Virus record (IMG/VR): IMGVR_UViG_3300005764_000017 | Span: 1,483 to 65,482 of that record | Reading direction: 5' to 3' (one strand) | Source: a virus | Taxonomy: Duplodnaviria > Caudoviricetes | Length of the DNA stretch: 64,000 bases | Part shown: positions 1 to 8,627 of the stretch, piece after piece | Position numbering within the stretch: position 1 is the first letter of the stretch | Layout: every line of letters begins with the position of its first letter | Program-made: the position numbers and the translations under genes | Notes under the pieces: model-generated | What the model was told of the DNA's origin: nothing | Database searches by the model: none | What the model saw: only the letters and a program-made list of their open reading frames with translations

Positions 1-100
1 CCTGCTGCCCGGCGAGACGCTGACCCCGCAGGAGATCGAGATCCTGCGGGAGGCGACCCGGCGCGATCGCGACGCCAGCGAGAGCGGGGAGGAGGGGTAG
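1..100 (+). CDS. 3' end of a phage hypothetical protein (truncated by window start)
   Basis: Open frame ...LLPGETLTPQEIEILREATRRDRDASESGEEG* ending TAG at 98-100, directly before the next ORF. Confidence 0.5.
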   Translation, partial: LLPGETLTPQEIEILREATRRDRDASESGEEG

Positions 101-102
101 CC

Positions 103-498
103 GTGGGCTACTACAGCCGCATCACCGGCGTCATAACCATCGCGCCGTCGCTCAAGTGGTCCGAGTACAAGGACAAGGGCCTGACCGAGACTGGCGCCCC
201 CGACTGGCCGAGTGTCGTCTTGCGCACCCATGAGGAGGAGCGCGACGGCGAGGGCGGCGTCATGTTCGTTCGTTGGGCCGATGGCATCATCCCGGCCACC
301 GACGAGAGCGTCAAGGCGTACGACCTGGAGGCCGAAGTCCGCGCCATCGTCACGACGTTCCGAGCGGGCCACACCTTCACCGGCTACCTGGAGATCAGCG
401 GCGAGAGCCAGGGCGATCTCTGGCGCCTGCGTATCCGTAATGGACGCGTGGTGCGGGTCGTGTCCTTGGTCACATGGCCGGAGGAGGCCACGTCGTGA
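103..498 (+). CDS. phage hypothetical protein
   Basis: 131 aa ORF, GGAGGAGG RBS upstream, GTGA overlap with next gene. Confidence 0.65.
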   Translation: MGYYSRITGVITIAPSLKWSEYKDKGLTETGAPDWPSVVLRTHEEERDGEGGVMFVRWADGIIPATDESVKAYDLEAEVRAIVTTFRAGHTFTGYLEISGESQGDLWRLRIRNGRVVRVVSLVTWPEEATS

Positions 499-1193
499 TC
501 GACTCCTTCCGCTCCGGCCACATGCGCCGCCGGCACCGCTGCATCACCTGTGGCCTGCCAACCCGGCGCACCGTCCTCCGGACCGGCGGACTCCGCGTCG
601 TGCTCTGCTCGATGTGCGAGCTGCCGACGCCGGAGGAGCGCCTGCTCGTGGCGGTCTTCAACGTCGATTCGCTGCCCGACCTGGAGGCGGCCGTGCTCCG
701 CGCCAGGCAGTCCCACCACGAGGACCTCGCCGAACCGGCCGCGCTCGACCCCGAGCCCGCGACGGCCGGCGTCCAGGAGGTCACGATGCTCGTTCCCGAT
801 CCCGCCCCGGTCGTGCTGCCGCGCCGTCGGGCGCGGTTCGCCCAGCCGCCCGCCAGCGTCAATCTGGTGACCGGCCGGCCGCGCGGCGCCGCTGTGGCCG
901 AGCTGGCCGAGGGGGAGCTGCTGGAGCAGGTCGCCGTCGCGGTACAGGTGCACCAGGCGCGGTCCGAGCCGGCCGACGAGCCCCAAGCGAACATCCTCGA
1001 CCGGCCGTTGCGCGCGATCGGGCGCGTGCTGGAGGTGCTGGAGCGGCCCTGGCGGCCGAGGCCGGCGGTGCGGCGCCGGCGCGCGAGCCGGTTCCCGCAC
1101 CGGGCGCTGGTCGCGCGGGCGCGGTGGGCCATCCCCGTGGTGGCCGCGCTGCCCGTGTTCGCGCTTGAGTTCCAGCCCTGGAAGTGGGCGTGA
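495..1193 (+). CDS. phage hypothetical protein with N-terminal CxxC...CxxC
   Basis: GTG at 495 overlaps previous stop; CITC and CSMC motifs. Confidence 0.55.
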   Translation: MIDSFRSGHMRRRHRCITCGLPTRRTVLRTGGLRVVLCSMCELPTPEERLLVAVFNVDSLPDLEAAVLRARQSHHEDLAEPAALDPEPATAGVQEVTMLVPDPAPVVLPRRRARFAQPPASVNLVTGRPRGAAVAELAEGELLEQVAVAVQVHQARSEPADEPQANILDRPLRAIGRVLEVLERPWRPRPAVRRRRASRFPHRALVARARWAIPVVAALPVFALEFQPWKWA

Positions 1194-1444
1194 TGGCCGT
1201 CAGCGGCACCGCGGGCGTCCGCGCCCTGACCCATCAGGAGATCGAGGCGCTCGCCTGCGCCATGCACTCCGGCATCGAGCCGACTCTGGCGACGTCGCGG
1301 CGCATGCTCGCCACCATCCGCGAGCTCCAGCGGGAGCTCGTCGTGCAGGCGCAGCGCCGGGCCGAGGTGCCGACCGCCGTCGTGCACGCCCAGGTCGACA
1401 GCCGGGTGCCGGACGAGCCGGCGACGATCGGGAGGCGGGGGTGA
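1193..1444 (+). CDS. phage hypothetical protein
   Basis: TGATG coupling; stop overlaps YqaJ start. Confidence 0.55.
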   Translation: MAVSGTAGVRALTHQEIEALACAMHSGIEPTLATSRRMLATIRELQRELVVQAQRRAEVPTAVVHAQVDSRVPDEPATIGRRG

Positions 1445-2403
1445 ACGCCACCGCCCTCCATGTCGTCGCCGACGAGCGGGCCGAGTGGCTGGAGTGGCGC
1501 CGCGGCGGCATCGGCGCGTCCGACGCCGCCGCCGTCGCCGGCTTCTCGCCGTTCGACACGCCAACGTCGATTTACCTGAAGAAGATCGGCTTCCTCCGCG
1601 AGGACACGGGCGAGGAGGAGGACTGGCAGCGTGCCGGCCGCCTGTTGGAGCCGGTCACTGCGCGCTGGTTCGAGGAGGTCACGGGCTACGAGGTGCGCAT
1701 GCCGCAGCTCCAGGTGGTCCACCCGGAGCGGCCCTGGCAGCGCGCCACCCTCGACGGTGTCGTCTACGTGGACGGCGAGCCGGCCGGGCCCTTCGAGTCG
1801 AAGTCCACCACGCGCTGGAACGGCGAGTGGGGGACCGACCCGCCCGACTACTACCAGGCGCAGGTCCTGCACCAGATGATCACGACCGGCGCCAGCCGCG
1901 GCTGGCTGGCGGCCCTCGTGGACGGCCGAAGCCTGCGCTGGTGGGAGATCGAACGCACCGACCTCGACGCCGACCTGCTGACCTCGGTCGAGGAGGCGTT
2001 CTGGCTCCGTGTCGTCAAGCGCCGGCCGCCGCCGGTGGACGGCTCGGAGCGGACCAACGAGGCGCTGTCCAGCGTGTACGGCCCGCGGCCGCATCCGGGG
2101 ATCGAGCTGCTGCCCGCCGGCAAGGCGCTCGTGGACGAGTACCGGGCCGCGCGCGATGCACGCCTGGCCGCCGAGAAGGCCGAGGCCGCCGCACAGAACA
2201 AGGTGCTCGCCTTGCTGGAAGGCGCCGAGGTGGCCACCTTCGAGGGCAGGCCGGCCCTCAAGTGGTCGGTCATCGACCGCACAACCGACGACCACGCAGC
2301 CGTCCAGCCGGTCATCGACTACTGGTACGGCGGCACGCCCACCAAGAAGACCACCCATCGGCGCCTCTGGCTGCCGAAGCCGGCCAAGGAGACCGCGTCA
2401 TGA
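1441..2403 (+). CDS. YqaJ-like viral recombinase / lambda-type exonuclease
   Basis: EWLEWRRGGIGASDAAAV, ATLDGVV, FESKST, YYQAQVLHQM motifs; coupled to RecT. Confidence 0.9.
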   Translation: MNATALHVVADERAEWLEWRRGGIGASDAAAVAGFSPFDTPTSIYLKKIGFLREDTGEEEDWQRAGRLLEPVTARWFEEVTGYEVRMPQLQVVHPERPWQRATLDGVVYVDGEPAGPFESKSTTRWNGEWGTDPPDYYQAQVLHQMITTGASRGWLAALVDGRSLRWWEIERTDLDADLLTSVEEAFWLRVVKRRPPPVDGSERTNEALSSVYGPRPHPGIELLPAGKALVDEYRAARDARLAAEKAEAAAQNKVLALLEGAEVATFEGRPALKWSVIDRTTDDHAAVQPVIDYWYGGTPTKKTTHRRLWLPKPAKETAS

Positions 2404-3419
2404 CCACGACCAGCCTCACGACCAAGCTCGCCACCGCCAAGGACGCGTCCGACCGCGGCCAGGCACTCGATCAGCGCGCGGCCCCTTCCAGCGTCATGGG
2501 CTTCCTCACGCACCCGGGCACCCTGAAGCAGGTCACGCGCCTGCTGGGCAACGAGGAGATGGCGGACCGCTGGCTGCGCATCGGCCTCACCGAGGTGAAG
2601 CGCATCGACAAGCTGGGCGACTGCACGCTGGCCAGCTTCGCGGGCGCCCTCATGCAGTGCGCGATGCTCAAGCTCGAGCCCGGACCGCCGCTCGGCCTGG
2701 CCTGGATCCTCCCGTACGAGAACCGGGTCCGTGACGGCAACGACTGGACGACGCGCCTCGACGCGCAGTTCCAGCTCGGCTACCCGGGGATCATCCAGCT
2801 CGCCCACCGCTCCGGCCAGCTCGCCACGATCGCGGCGCACGAGGTCTGCGAGAACGACGAGTTCGACTTCGACTACATGAACCCGGAGCGGAACCGGCAC
2901 CGCCCGCCGAAGCGCGGCGAGCGCGGCGATGCCTACGGGTACTACTGCTACGCGCGGTTCGCGAACGGCGGCGAGCACTTCCTCTACATGACCGCCGACC
3001 AGGTCGAGGCGCACGCGAAGCGGTTCAGCAAGTCCTACCAGGCCGCCGTCCGGGCGGCCGAGAAGTACAAGCGGCAGCCGACCGGGCCCTGGTTCGAGAA
3101 CAGGGACGCGATGGCGCGCAAGACGCTGGTGCGGCTCAGCCGGCCGTACCTGCCGGCATCGGCCGACTTCATCCAGGGCCTGCGCGCGGACGAGGGCGTG
3201 GTCCACGCCGACTTCGACAGCGGCCGCCTGGTCTTCGACGAGGAGGCCATGGACTTCTCGCTGGGCGCGCCGGCGGTGGCGGGCGAGCTCACGGACGGCG
3301 ACCCGGATCGGCGGCCGCTGGAGACGGCCACTGGCGGCGAGCGAAGTGCCGGCCAGCCGCAGCAGCCGGCCGAGGGCGCCGAGTCCGGGCAGGGCGATCT
3401 GCTGGAGCGCAAGTCGTGA
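2400..3419 (+). CDS. recT: RecT-family single-strand annealing protein
   Basis: SFAGALMQCAMLKLEP, AWILPY, AQFQLGYPGIIQLAHRSG, PWFENRDAMARKTLVR. Confidence 0.9.
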   Translation: MTTTSLTTKLATAKDASDRGQALDQRAAPSSVMGFLTHPGTLKQVTRLLGNEEMADRWLRIGLTEVKRIDKLGDCTLASFAGALMQCAMLKLEPGPPLGLAWILPYENRVRDGNDWTTRLDAQFQLGYPGIIQLAHRSGQLATIAAHEVCENDEFDFDYMNPERNRHRPPKRGERGDAYGYYCYARFANGGEHFLYMTADQVEAHAKRFSKSYQAAVRAAEKYKRQPTGPWFENRDAMARKTLVRLSRPYLPASADFIQGLRADEGVVHADFDSGRLVFDEEAMDFSLGAPAVAGELTDGDPDRRPLETATGGERSAGQPQQPAEGAESGQGDLLERKS

Positions 3420-3670
3420 AGACGGTCAGCGTCTACCGCGCCCAACCCGTCGCGAGCGACGCCGTCCCGCAGGCGACGATCGTGATCGACGACGAGATCC
3501 CACCCGTCACCGGCGTCGAGGGAGCGCAGCGCGTATTCGAGGAGCAGGGGGCGGCGCTGGCCGCCGCCCTGTGGGAGTCGCTGCCCGGCGGCACGATCGA
3601 CGCGCTTCTTCGGGAGATGCTGCTGCGTCGCGCGAGCCTGCTCCGCGTGTCGTTCGGGGGCGGGTCGTGA
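3416..3670 (+). CDS. phage hypothetical protein
   Basis: Coupled GTGA overlaps on both sides. Confidence 0.55.
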   Translation: MKTVSVYRAQPVASDAVPQATIVIDDEIPPVTGVEGAQRVFEEQGAALAAALWESLPGGTIDALLREMLLRRASLLRVSFGGGS

Positions 3671-3873
3671 CGGTCGCGGTCGTCGGTCTGTACCACGGCG
3701 AGCCGGGCATCCAGCGCATGGAGATCGTCGCTGACGAGCAAGCCGCGAGGCTGGTCGTCGAGCGCTGGCACGTCCAGTTCTACGACGGCGCGATAGAAGC
3801 CTGGGAGCAGAAGCCGCACGGGGCGGCGGAGCGCGTGTTTCCGGTCGAGGCGGGAGGGCGATCAGGTGCCTGA
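3667..3873 (+). CDS. phage hypothetical protein
   Basis: GTG overlap with previous stop, operonic. Confidence 0.5.
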   Translation: MTVAVVGLYHGEPGIQRMEIVADEQAARLVVERWHVQFYDGAIEAWEQKPHGAAERVFPVEAGGRSGA

Positions 3874-4585
3874 GCGCCAGCCGTGGGTCGACGGCCCCTA
3901 CGCCAGCCTCGACTTCGAGACCACGGGCCCCGACCCGTTCACCGCAAGGGTGGTCACCGCCACGCTCGTCGAGGTTGGGGGGGGCGGCGTGCTCGCTGAG
4001 CGCCATTGGATCGTCAACCCCGGGATCGAGATCCCCGCCGAGGCAAGTGCCATCCACGGCGTGACGACGGAGCGGGCCGTGGCCGAGGGCCAGGATCCGG
4101 GCGATGCCGCCTACCAGATCGAGGACGCCGTCCGCGCGTGCTGGGGGCGCGGCCTCGTGCTCGTCGTCTTCAACGCGGCCTACGACCTCACCGTCCTGAG
4201 CTGCGAGATCGCTCGCTGGCACGGCGACGAGTACGTGCGGGCGCCGGGCTACGTCCTGGACCCCCTCGTCATCGATCGCGCCCTCGACCGCTGGCGATCC
4301 GGAAAGCGCCGGCTCGCCGACGTCTGCGCCGCGTACGGCGTCCGACAGGAGGACGCGCACTCGTCCGGTGGCGATGCCCTCGCCGCGGCCCGGCTGGCCT
4401 GGCGGATGGCGCACGACTACTCGGCGGTCGGGCATCGGACGCTGGCCGAGCTGCAGGCGTGGCAGGCCGCCTCGCACATCGAGTGGGCTGAGGATTTCCA
4501 GCGCTTCCTGCGCTCCAAGGGCCGCGCCGACGTCATCGAGCGCGAGTGGCCGGTGCGGACGGCGCCGGCGGGGGTGGGGGCGTGA
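3866..4585 (+). CDS. DEDDh 3'-5' exonuclease (DnaQ/Pol III epsilon-like)
   Basis: LDFETTG, FNAAYDL, DAHSSGGDA motifs. Confidence 0.9.
   Translation: MPERQPWVDGPYASLDFETTGPDPFTARVVTATLVEVGGGGVLAERHWIVNPGIEIPAEASAIHGVTTERAVAEGQDPGDAAYQIEDAVRACWGRGLVLVVFNAAYDLTVLSCEIARWHGDEYVRAPGYVLDPLVIDRALDRWRSGKRRLADVCAAYGVRQEDAHSSGGDALAAARLAWRMAHDYSAVGHRTLAELQAWQAASHIEWAEDFQRFLRSKGRADVIEREWPVRTAPAGVGA
4541..4574 (+). repeat. 34-bp direct repeat, copy 1 (3' end of DnaQ-like gene)
   Basis: CGCGAGTGGCCGGTGCGGACGGCGCCGGCGGGGG identical to 7808-7841. Confidence 0.95.
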
Positions 4586-5169
4586 GCGACGTGTACGTCT
4601 CGCTGGACGTGGAGACGACCGGCCCATGCCCGGGTCTCTACTCGATGATCTCGCTCGGCGCAGCTGCGTTCACCCGCGACGGCGAGGAGCGCGGCACATG
4701 GTCGCTGAACCTGGCCGAGCTGCCCGACGCAGGCCGCCATCCCGACACGATGGCGTTCTGGGCCGAGCACCCCGAGGCGTGGGAGCGGTCCACCATGGCC
4801 CCGGTCGACCCGGCGCTGGCGATCACCGACTTCGCACGCTGGGTTGGCTTTCTCGGCGGCAAGCCCATCGCCGCGGCGTGGCCGGCGGCGTTCGACTTCG
4901 CGTTCGTCAACTGGTACTGCCATCGGTTCGTAGGCCACAACCCACTCGGCTTCGCCTGCCTCGACATCCGCTCGCTGGCCCAGGGCCTGACGTACTCGCG
5001 CGGGTACTACGACCTGCGCGAGAACCAGATCAAGGCCATGCGGGCCGAGGTCGACCGCGAGGGCCTGACGGAGCACATCGCGGTCGACGACGCCGTCGAG
5101 CAGGGGCGGCTGCTGGTCGCGCTGCTGAAGCGGACGAAGGGCGGCGTGCCGCGGGAGGTGCGGGCGTGA
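4582..5169 (+). CDS. DEDD 3'-5' exonuclease, RNase AS-like exoribonuclease family
   Basis: SLDVETTGPCPG..SMISLGA, WPAAFDFAFV, CLDIRS, HIAVDDAVEQ. Confidence 0.75.
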   Translation: MSDVYVSLDVETTGPCPGLYSMISLGAAAFTRDGEERGTWSLNLAELPDAGRHPDTMAFWAEHPEAWERSTMAPVDPALAITDFARWVGFLGGKPIAAAWPAAFDFAFVNWYCHRFVGHNPLGFACLDIRSLAQGLTYSRGYYDLRENQIKAMRAEVDREGLTEHIAVDDAVEQGRLLVALLKRTKGGVPREVRA

Positions 5170-6779
5170 GGCCGTCGGTCCTGACCGCTACGGATCTCTT
5201 CTGCGGAGCCGGCGGCTCCTCTCATGGCGCAGAGCGGGCTGGCGTCGAGATCCGCGTCGCGGCGAACCACTGGCGAACGGCTTGCGAGACCTACGGCCTG
5301 AACCACCGGATCGAGGCGGACTGCGCCGACGTCAGTCAGGTCAACCCGCGCCGCTACCCGAGCACCGACCTCCTGCTCGCCTCGCCGGAGTGCAAGTGGC
5401 ACAGCGACGGAAACGCCGAGCGCCGCCGGGCAGAGGACGCCCTGCCCGGCTTCGGATCGCCGCGGAAGGAGGAGGCGGAGCGCTCCCGGGCCACGATGTG
5501 GGACGTCATCCGCTTCGCCGAGGAGCACCTGTACCCGCTCGTCATCGTGGAGAACGTGGTCCGGGTGGCCACGAGGTGGGCGCCGTACGAGGCGTGGCTG
5601 CAGGGCATGCGGTCGCTGGGCTACGACTTCCGCGAGGTCTGCCTCAACTCGATGTTCTTCCCGATCGACGGACGGGACGGCCCGCGGGTGCCGCAGTCGC
5701 GCGACCGGCTGTACGTGGTCTTCTGGCGCCGCGGCAACCGGGCGCCGGACCTCGATTTCCGCCCGCGTTCATGGTGCGAGGAGTGCGAGGCCCTGGTCGA
5801 CGGCGTCCAGAGCTGGAAGAACCCGCGCCGGGTCGGCAAGTACCGCGAGTCGTATCTCTACACCTGCCCCGTCTGCCGCCGGCAGGTGCTTCCCCTGGTC
5901 ACCCCGGCCGCGGCGGCGATCGACTGGACCCTGCAGGGGGTGCGGATCGCCGACCGCCGGGCCAGCGGCCTGCCAGACCTGAAGCCGGCGACGATCGAGC
6001 GGATCCGGCTCGGCATCGACAGGTACTGGCGACCGCTGGTCGTGCCACTCGATCACCAGCCGCGCACCGGCCACGCGGACACCAAGGGCGGCTCCGCGCT
6101 GCCAGTCGACGGGCCCATGGCGACGCTCACCGCGCGGCGGGACAAGGCGTTGGCGTTCCTGCCGCTCGTCACGACCCTGCGCGGCACGTCCAGCGGCCAC
6201 CTGGCCGCGAGCGCCGCGCCAGCCACCGACCCCATGCGGGCCATCAGCGCTGGCGGCAACCACCACGGACTGGCGACCGCGGACGAGCTGACCCCGCTGT
6301 ACCTGAAGGCGTACAGGGGCGAGGTCGGCTACCCGGTGACGCACCCGCTGGGGGCCATCACCGCAGTCGACCACCACCAGCTCCTCGGTCCGCCGGAGTC
6401 CCTGACCGTCAGCTACTACACGCGGCCGGACACCGCACGGCCAGTCGGCCAACCAATGGGCACGCTCACCGCGGAGCCGCGCCACGGCCTTCTCCAGCCG
6501 CCCGCGGCCTTTGTAACCACGTACTACCGCTCGGCGACGTACGTAGACCCCGCCCGCGAACCGATGGGGACGGTGACCTCCCTGGATCGGCACGCGCTGG
6601 TCGAGCGGGGCCGGGTGCCGCAGGTCGAGGAGTGCTTCTTTCGGATGTTCCAGACGCACGAGCACCAGGCCGGCATGGCGTTCCCGCCGGGGTACGTGCT
6701 CACCGGCGACAAACGGGCGCAGACCGCCCAGCTCGGGCGAAGTCAAGGGCGATGCCGTGTGGCGGCGCCAGGAGGTTAA
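5166..6779 (+). CDS. DNA (cytosine-5) methyltransferase, C-terminus apparently replaced
   Basis: DLFCGAGG (I), ASPECKWHS (IV), VENV (VI), QSRDRLY (VIII), RMFQTHE..MAFPPGY (IX); expected GNAV of motif X absent. Confidence 0.85.
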   Translation: MRPSVLTATDLFCGAGGSSHGAERAGVEIRVAANHWRTACETYGLNHRIEADCADVSQVNPRRYPSTDLLLASPECKWHSDGNAERRRAEDALPGFGSPRKEEAERSRATMWDVIRFAEEHLYPLVIVENVVRVATRWAPYEAWLQGMRSLGYDFREVCLNSMFFPIDGRDGPRVPQSRDRLYVVFWRRGNRAPDLDFRPRSWCEECEALVDGVQSWKNPRRVGKYRESYLYTCPVCRRQVLPLVTPAAAAIDWTLQGVRIADRRASGLPDLKPATIERIRLGIDRYWRPLVVPLDHQPRTGHADTKGGSALPVDGPMATLTARRDKALAFLPLVTTLRGTSSGHLAASAAPATDPMRAISAGGNHHGLATADELTPLYLKAYRGEVGYPVTHPLGAITAVDHHQLLGPPESLTVSYYTRPDTARPVGQPMGTLTAEPRHGLLQPPAAFVTTYYRSATYVDPAREPMGTVTSLDRHALVERGRVPQVEECFFRMFQTHEHQAGMAFPPGYVLTGDKRAQTAQLGRSQGRCRVAAPGG

Positions 6780-6782
6780 GGC

Positions 6783-7790
6783 GTGAACGCCATGACGCTG
6801 TACCGGCCGCAGGCCGAGCTGGCCCAGCCCTCGACGTTCGAGGTCATGCCGCTGGCGATTCAGCTCGCCGAGCAGCTCCACATGACCGACTTCGTACCGA
6901 AGGGCCTGCGCGGCAACAAGCCGGCCATCATGGCGGCAATCCTGGCCGGCCACGAGGTCGGTCTGCCGCCGATGGCCAGCCTCGGCAACATCGACGTTAT
7001 CGACGGCCGCCCGCGTATCAACGCCGCCGCCCAGCGCGCCTTGATCCTGAGCCGCGGCCACGACCTCGGATTCGTCGAGATGACCACGACGCGATGCGTG
7101 ATGTGGGGTCGCCGCAAGGGTGCCCAGCAGACCACCGAGGTCTCATGGACGATGGACGACGCGAAGCGGGCCGGACTCGTGGCCAAGCAGAACTGGACGA
7201 AGCATCCATCGGACATGCTCGTCGCCAGGGCCACCGGCAAGCTGGCGCGGGCCATCTTCGCCGACGTCATCGTCGGCATTCCGTACAACACCGAGGAGCT
7301 GGCGGACGGCGAGCTCGCTGATGGCGACAACGCGCTGCCCCCGAGCGATGGCGCCGCCGACACCGGGAACGGCAAGCACCGCCGCCGGGCGGCCAGGCCG
7401 GCCGTAGAGCCGCCCCCGGCGCCACCGCTGGACCCGCAGCCGTCCACTGCCGCCGCATCGCCTCCGGCGCCCCCGGACCCATCCCAGGCGCTCGCCGGCG
7501 CACCGCCGCCCGACGGTTCCATGCCGCTCAACCAGCAGCTCGCGATGGCCTGCCGCGAGCTGGGCATCGACCGCAAGGTGCTCATCAAGGCGCTGACCGA
7601 GAAGGAGCGCGGCTCCGATCTGACGCGCGAGGAGGCCATCGGCGTGCTGGAGGCCGCCAGGGCTATCCAGCGCGGCGAGAGGCGGATGGAGGAGCGCGAA
7701 GACGGCTGGGTCGTTGTCACGGTCGAGCACGAGGTGCCCGACGACGCCGAGGAGCGGTCGCTATTTGACGACGACGAGGGCGAGTCGTGA
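6783..7790 (+). CDS. second RecT/Red-beta-like single-strand annealing protein
   Basis: TDFVPKGLRGNKPAIMAAILAGHEVGLPPMASLGNIDVIDGRP, NWTKHPSDMLVARA; Pro-rich linker, acidic tail. Confidence 0.75.
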   Translation: MNAMTLYRPQAELAQPSTFEVMPLAIQLAEQLHMTDFVPKGLRGNKPAIMAAILAGHEVGLPPMASLGNIDVIDGRPRINAAAQRALILSRGHDLGFVEMTTTRCVMWGRRKGAQQTTEVSWTMDDAKRAGLVAKQNWTKHPSDMLVARATGKLARAIFADVIVGIPYNTEELADGELADGDNALPPSDGAADTGNGKHRRRAARPAVEPPPAPPLDPQPSTAAASPPAPPDPSQALAGAPPPDGSMPLNQQLAMACRELGIDRKVLIKALTEKERGSDLTREEAIGVLEAARAIQRGERRMEEREDGWVVVTVEHEVPDDAEERSLFDDDEGES

Positions 7791-7852
7791 CCGACGCCAT
7801 CATCGCCCGCGAGTGGCCGGTGCGGACGGCGCCGGCGGGGGCGCGGGCGTGA
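7787..7852 (+). pseudogene. remnant of a DnaQ-like gene C-terminus (contains repeat copy 2, 7808-7841)
   Basis: VTDAIIAREWPVRTAPAGARA* versus DnaQ end ADVIEREWPVRTAPAGVGA*. Confidence 0.7.
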
Positions 7853-8415
7853 TCGCCGACGCCAACCTCACGATCGAGCAGCTCGAGGCCGAGGCCCGCG
7901 AGGCAATGGACCGCCGCTACGCCTTCTACCGGATGCTCCACGCGACCGACCGGATCCTGTGGCGCTTGGAGGAGCTCAACCGCGACGGGGTGGTGGTGCT
8001 CCCAAGTGCGCTCGGCGCCGCGATCCGTCCCGCGCTCGCCGAGCTGCCTGAGAGCTGCCTGGAGCCGCTCGCGGGCGGCACGGTGCAGGCCGCCCTCGAC
8101 AGCGTGTTCGACGTGCAGGAGGCCTTGTTCCGCCTGTATCAGCGGGGACGGGTGATCTACAAGGACTGCGAGGACGATTCCCCCGCCCCAGCCGAGCTCG
8201 ACGAGCGGATCCTGTCGGCCGTCGCCAGAAAGCCCGGTAGCACGCATACCGAGCTCGTCCGGCGGTACCCCGATTCGGTGCGGCGGGACGTGCAGCGACG
8301 ACTGCCTGAGCTGGTCGCGGCGGGGGCGCTGCGGGCCATTACGAGCCCGCCGAAGCGGCCTGGGCCGGTATCGACGCGGTACTGGGTGGTCGAGGGCGGA
8401 ATGAGCACGCGATGA
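7849..8415 (+). CDS. phage hypothetical protein, possible C-terminal winged helix
   Basis: Coupled ORF; C-terminal ILSAVARKPGSTHTELVRR...LPELVAAGAL. Confidence 0.55.
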   Translation: MIADANLTIEQLEAEAREAMDRRYAFYRMLHATDRILWRLEELNRDGVVVLPSALGAAIRPALAELPESCLEPLAGGTVQAALDSVFDVQEALFRLYQRGRVIYKDCEDDSPAPAELDERILSAVARKPGSTHTELVRRYPDSVRRDVQRRLPELVAAGALRAITSPPKRPGPVSTRYWVVEGGMSTR

Positions 8416-8627
8416 GACCGACCGCGAGCCCGCCGCGCCAGCCGGGGACCATCACCGTCGAGCAGGCGGCCGAGCGCCTGGGCATCAGCCGGTCGGCGGC
8501 CTACCGCTGCGTGCAGCTGGGGCAGATTCCCGCCCTGCGCCTCGGGCGCTTCTGGCGGGTGCCGGTCGCGCGGCTGGAGGCGATGCTGTCGGCCGATCCG
8601 ACCCTGGGAGGGGCGGCGAGTGGCTGA
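8412..8627 (+). CDS. xis: excisionase / HTH_17 DNA-binding protein
   Basis: ITVEQAAERLGISRSAAYRCVQLGQIPALRLGRFWRVP, directly upstream of integrase. Confidence 0.85.
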   Translation: MRPTASPPRQPGTITVEQAAERLGISRSAAYRCVQLGQIPALRLGRFWRVPVARLEAMLSADPTLGGAASG

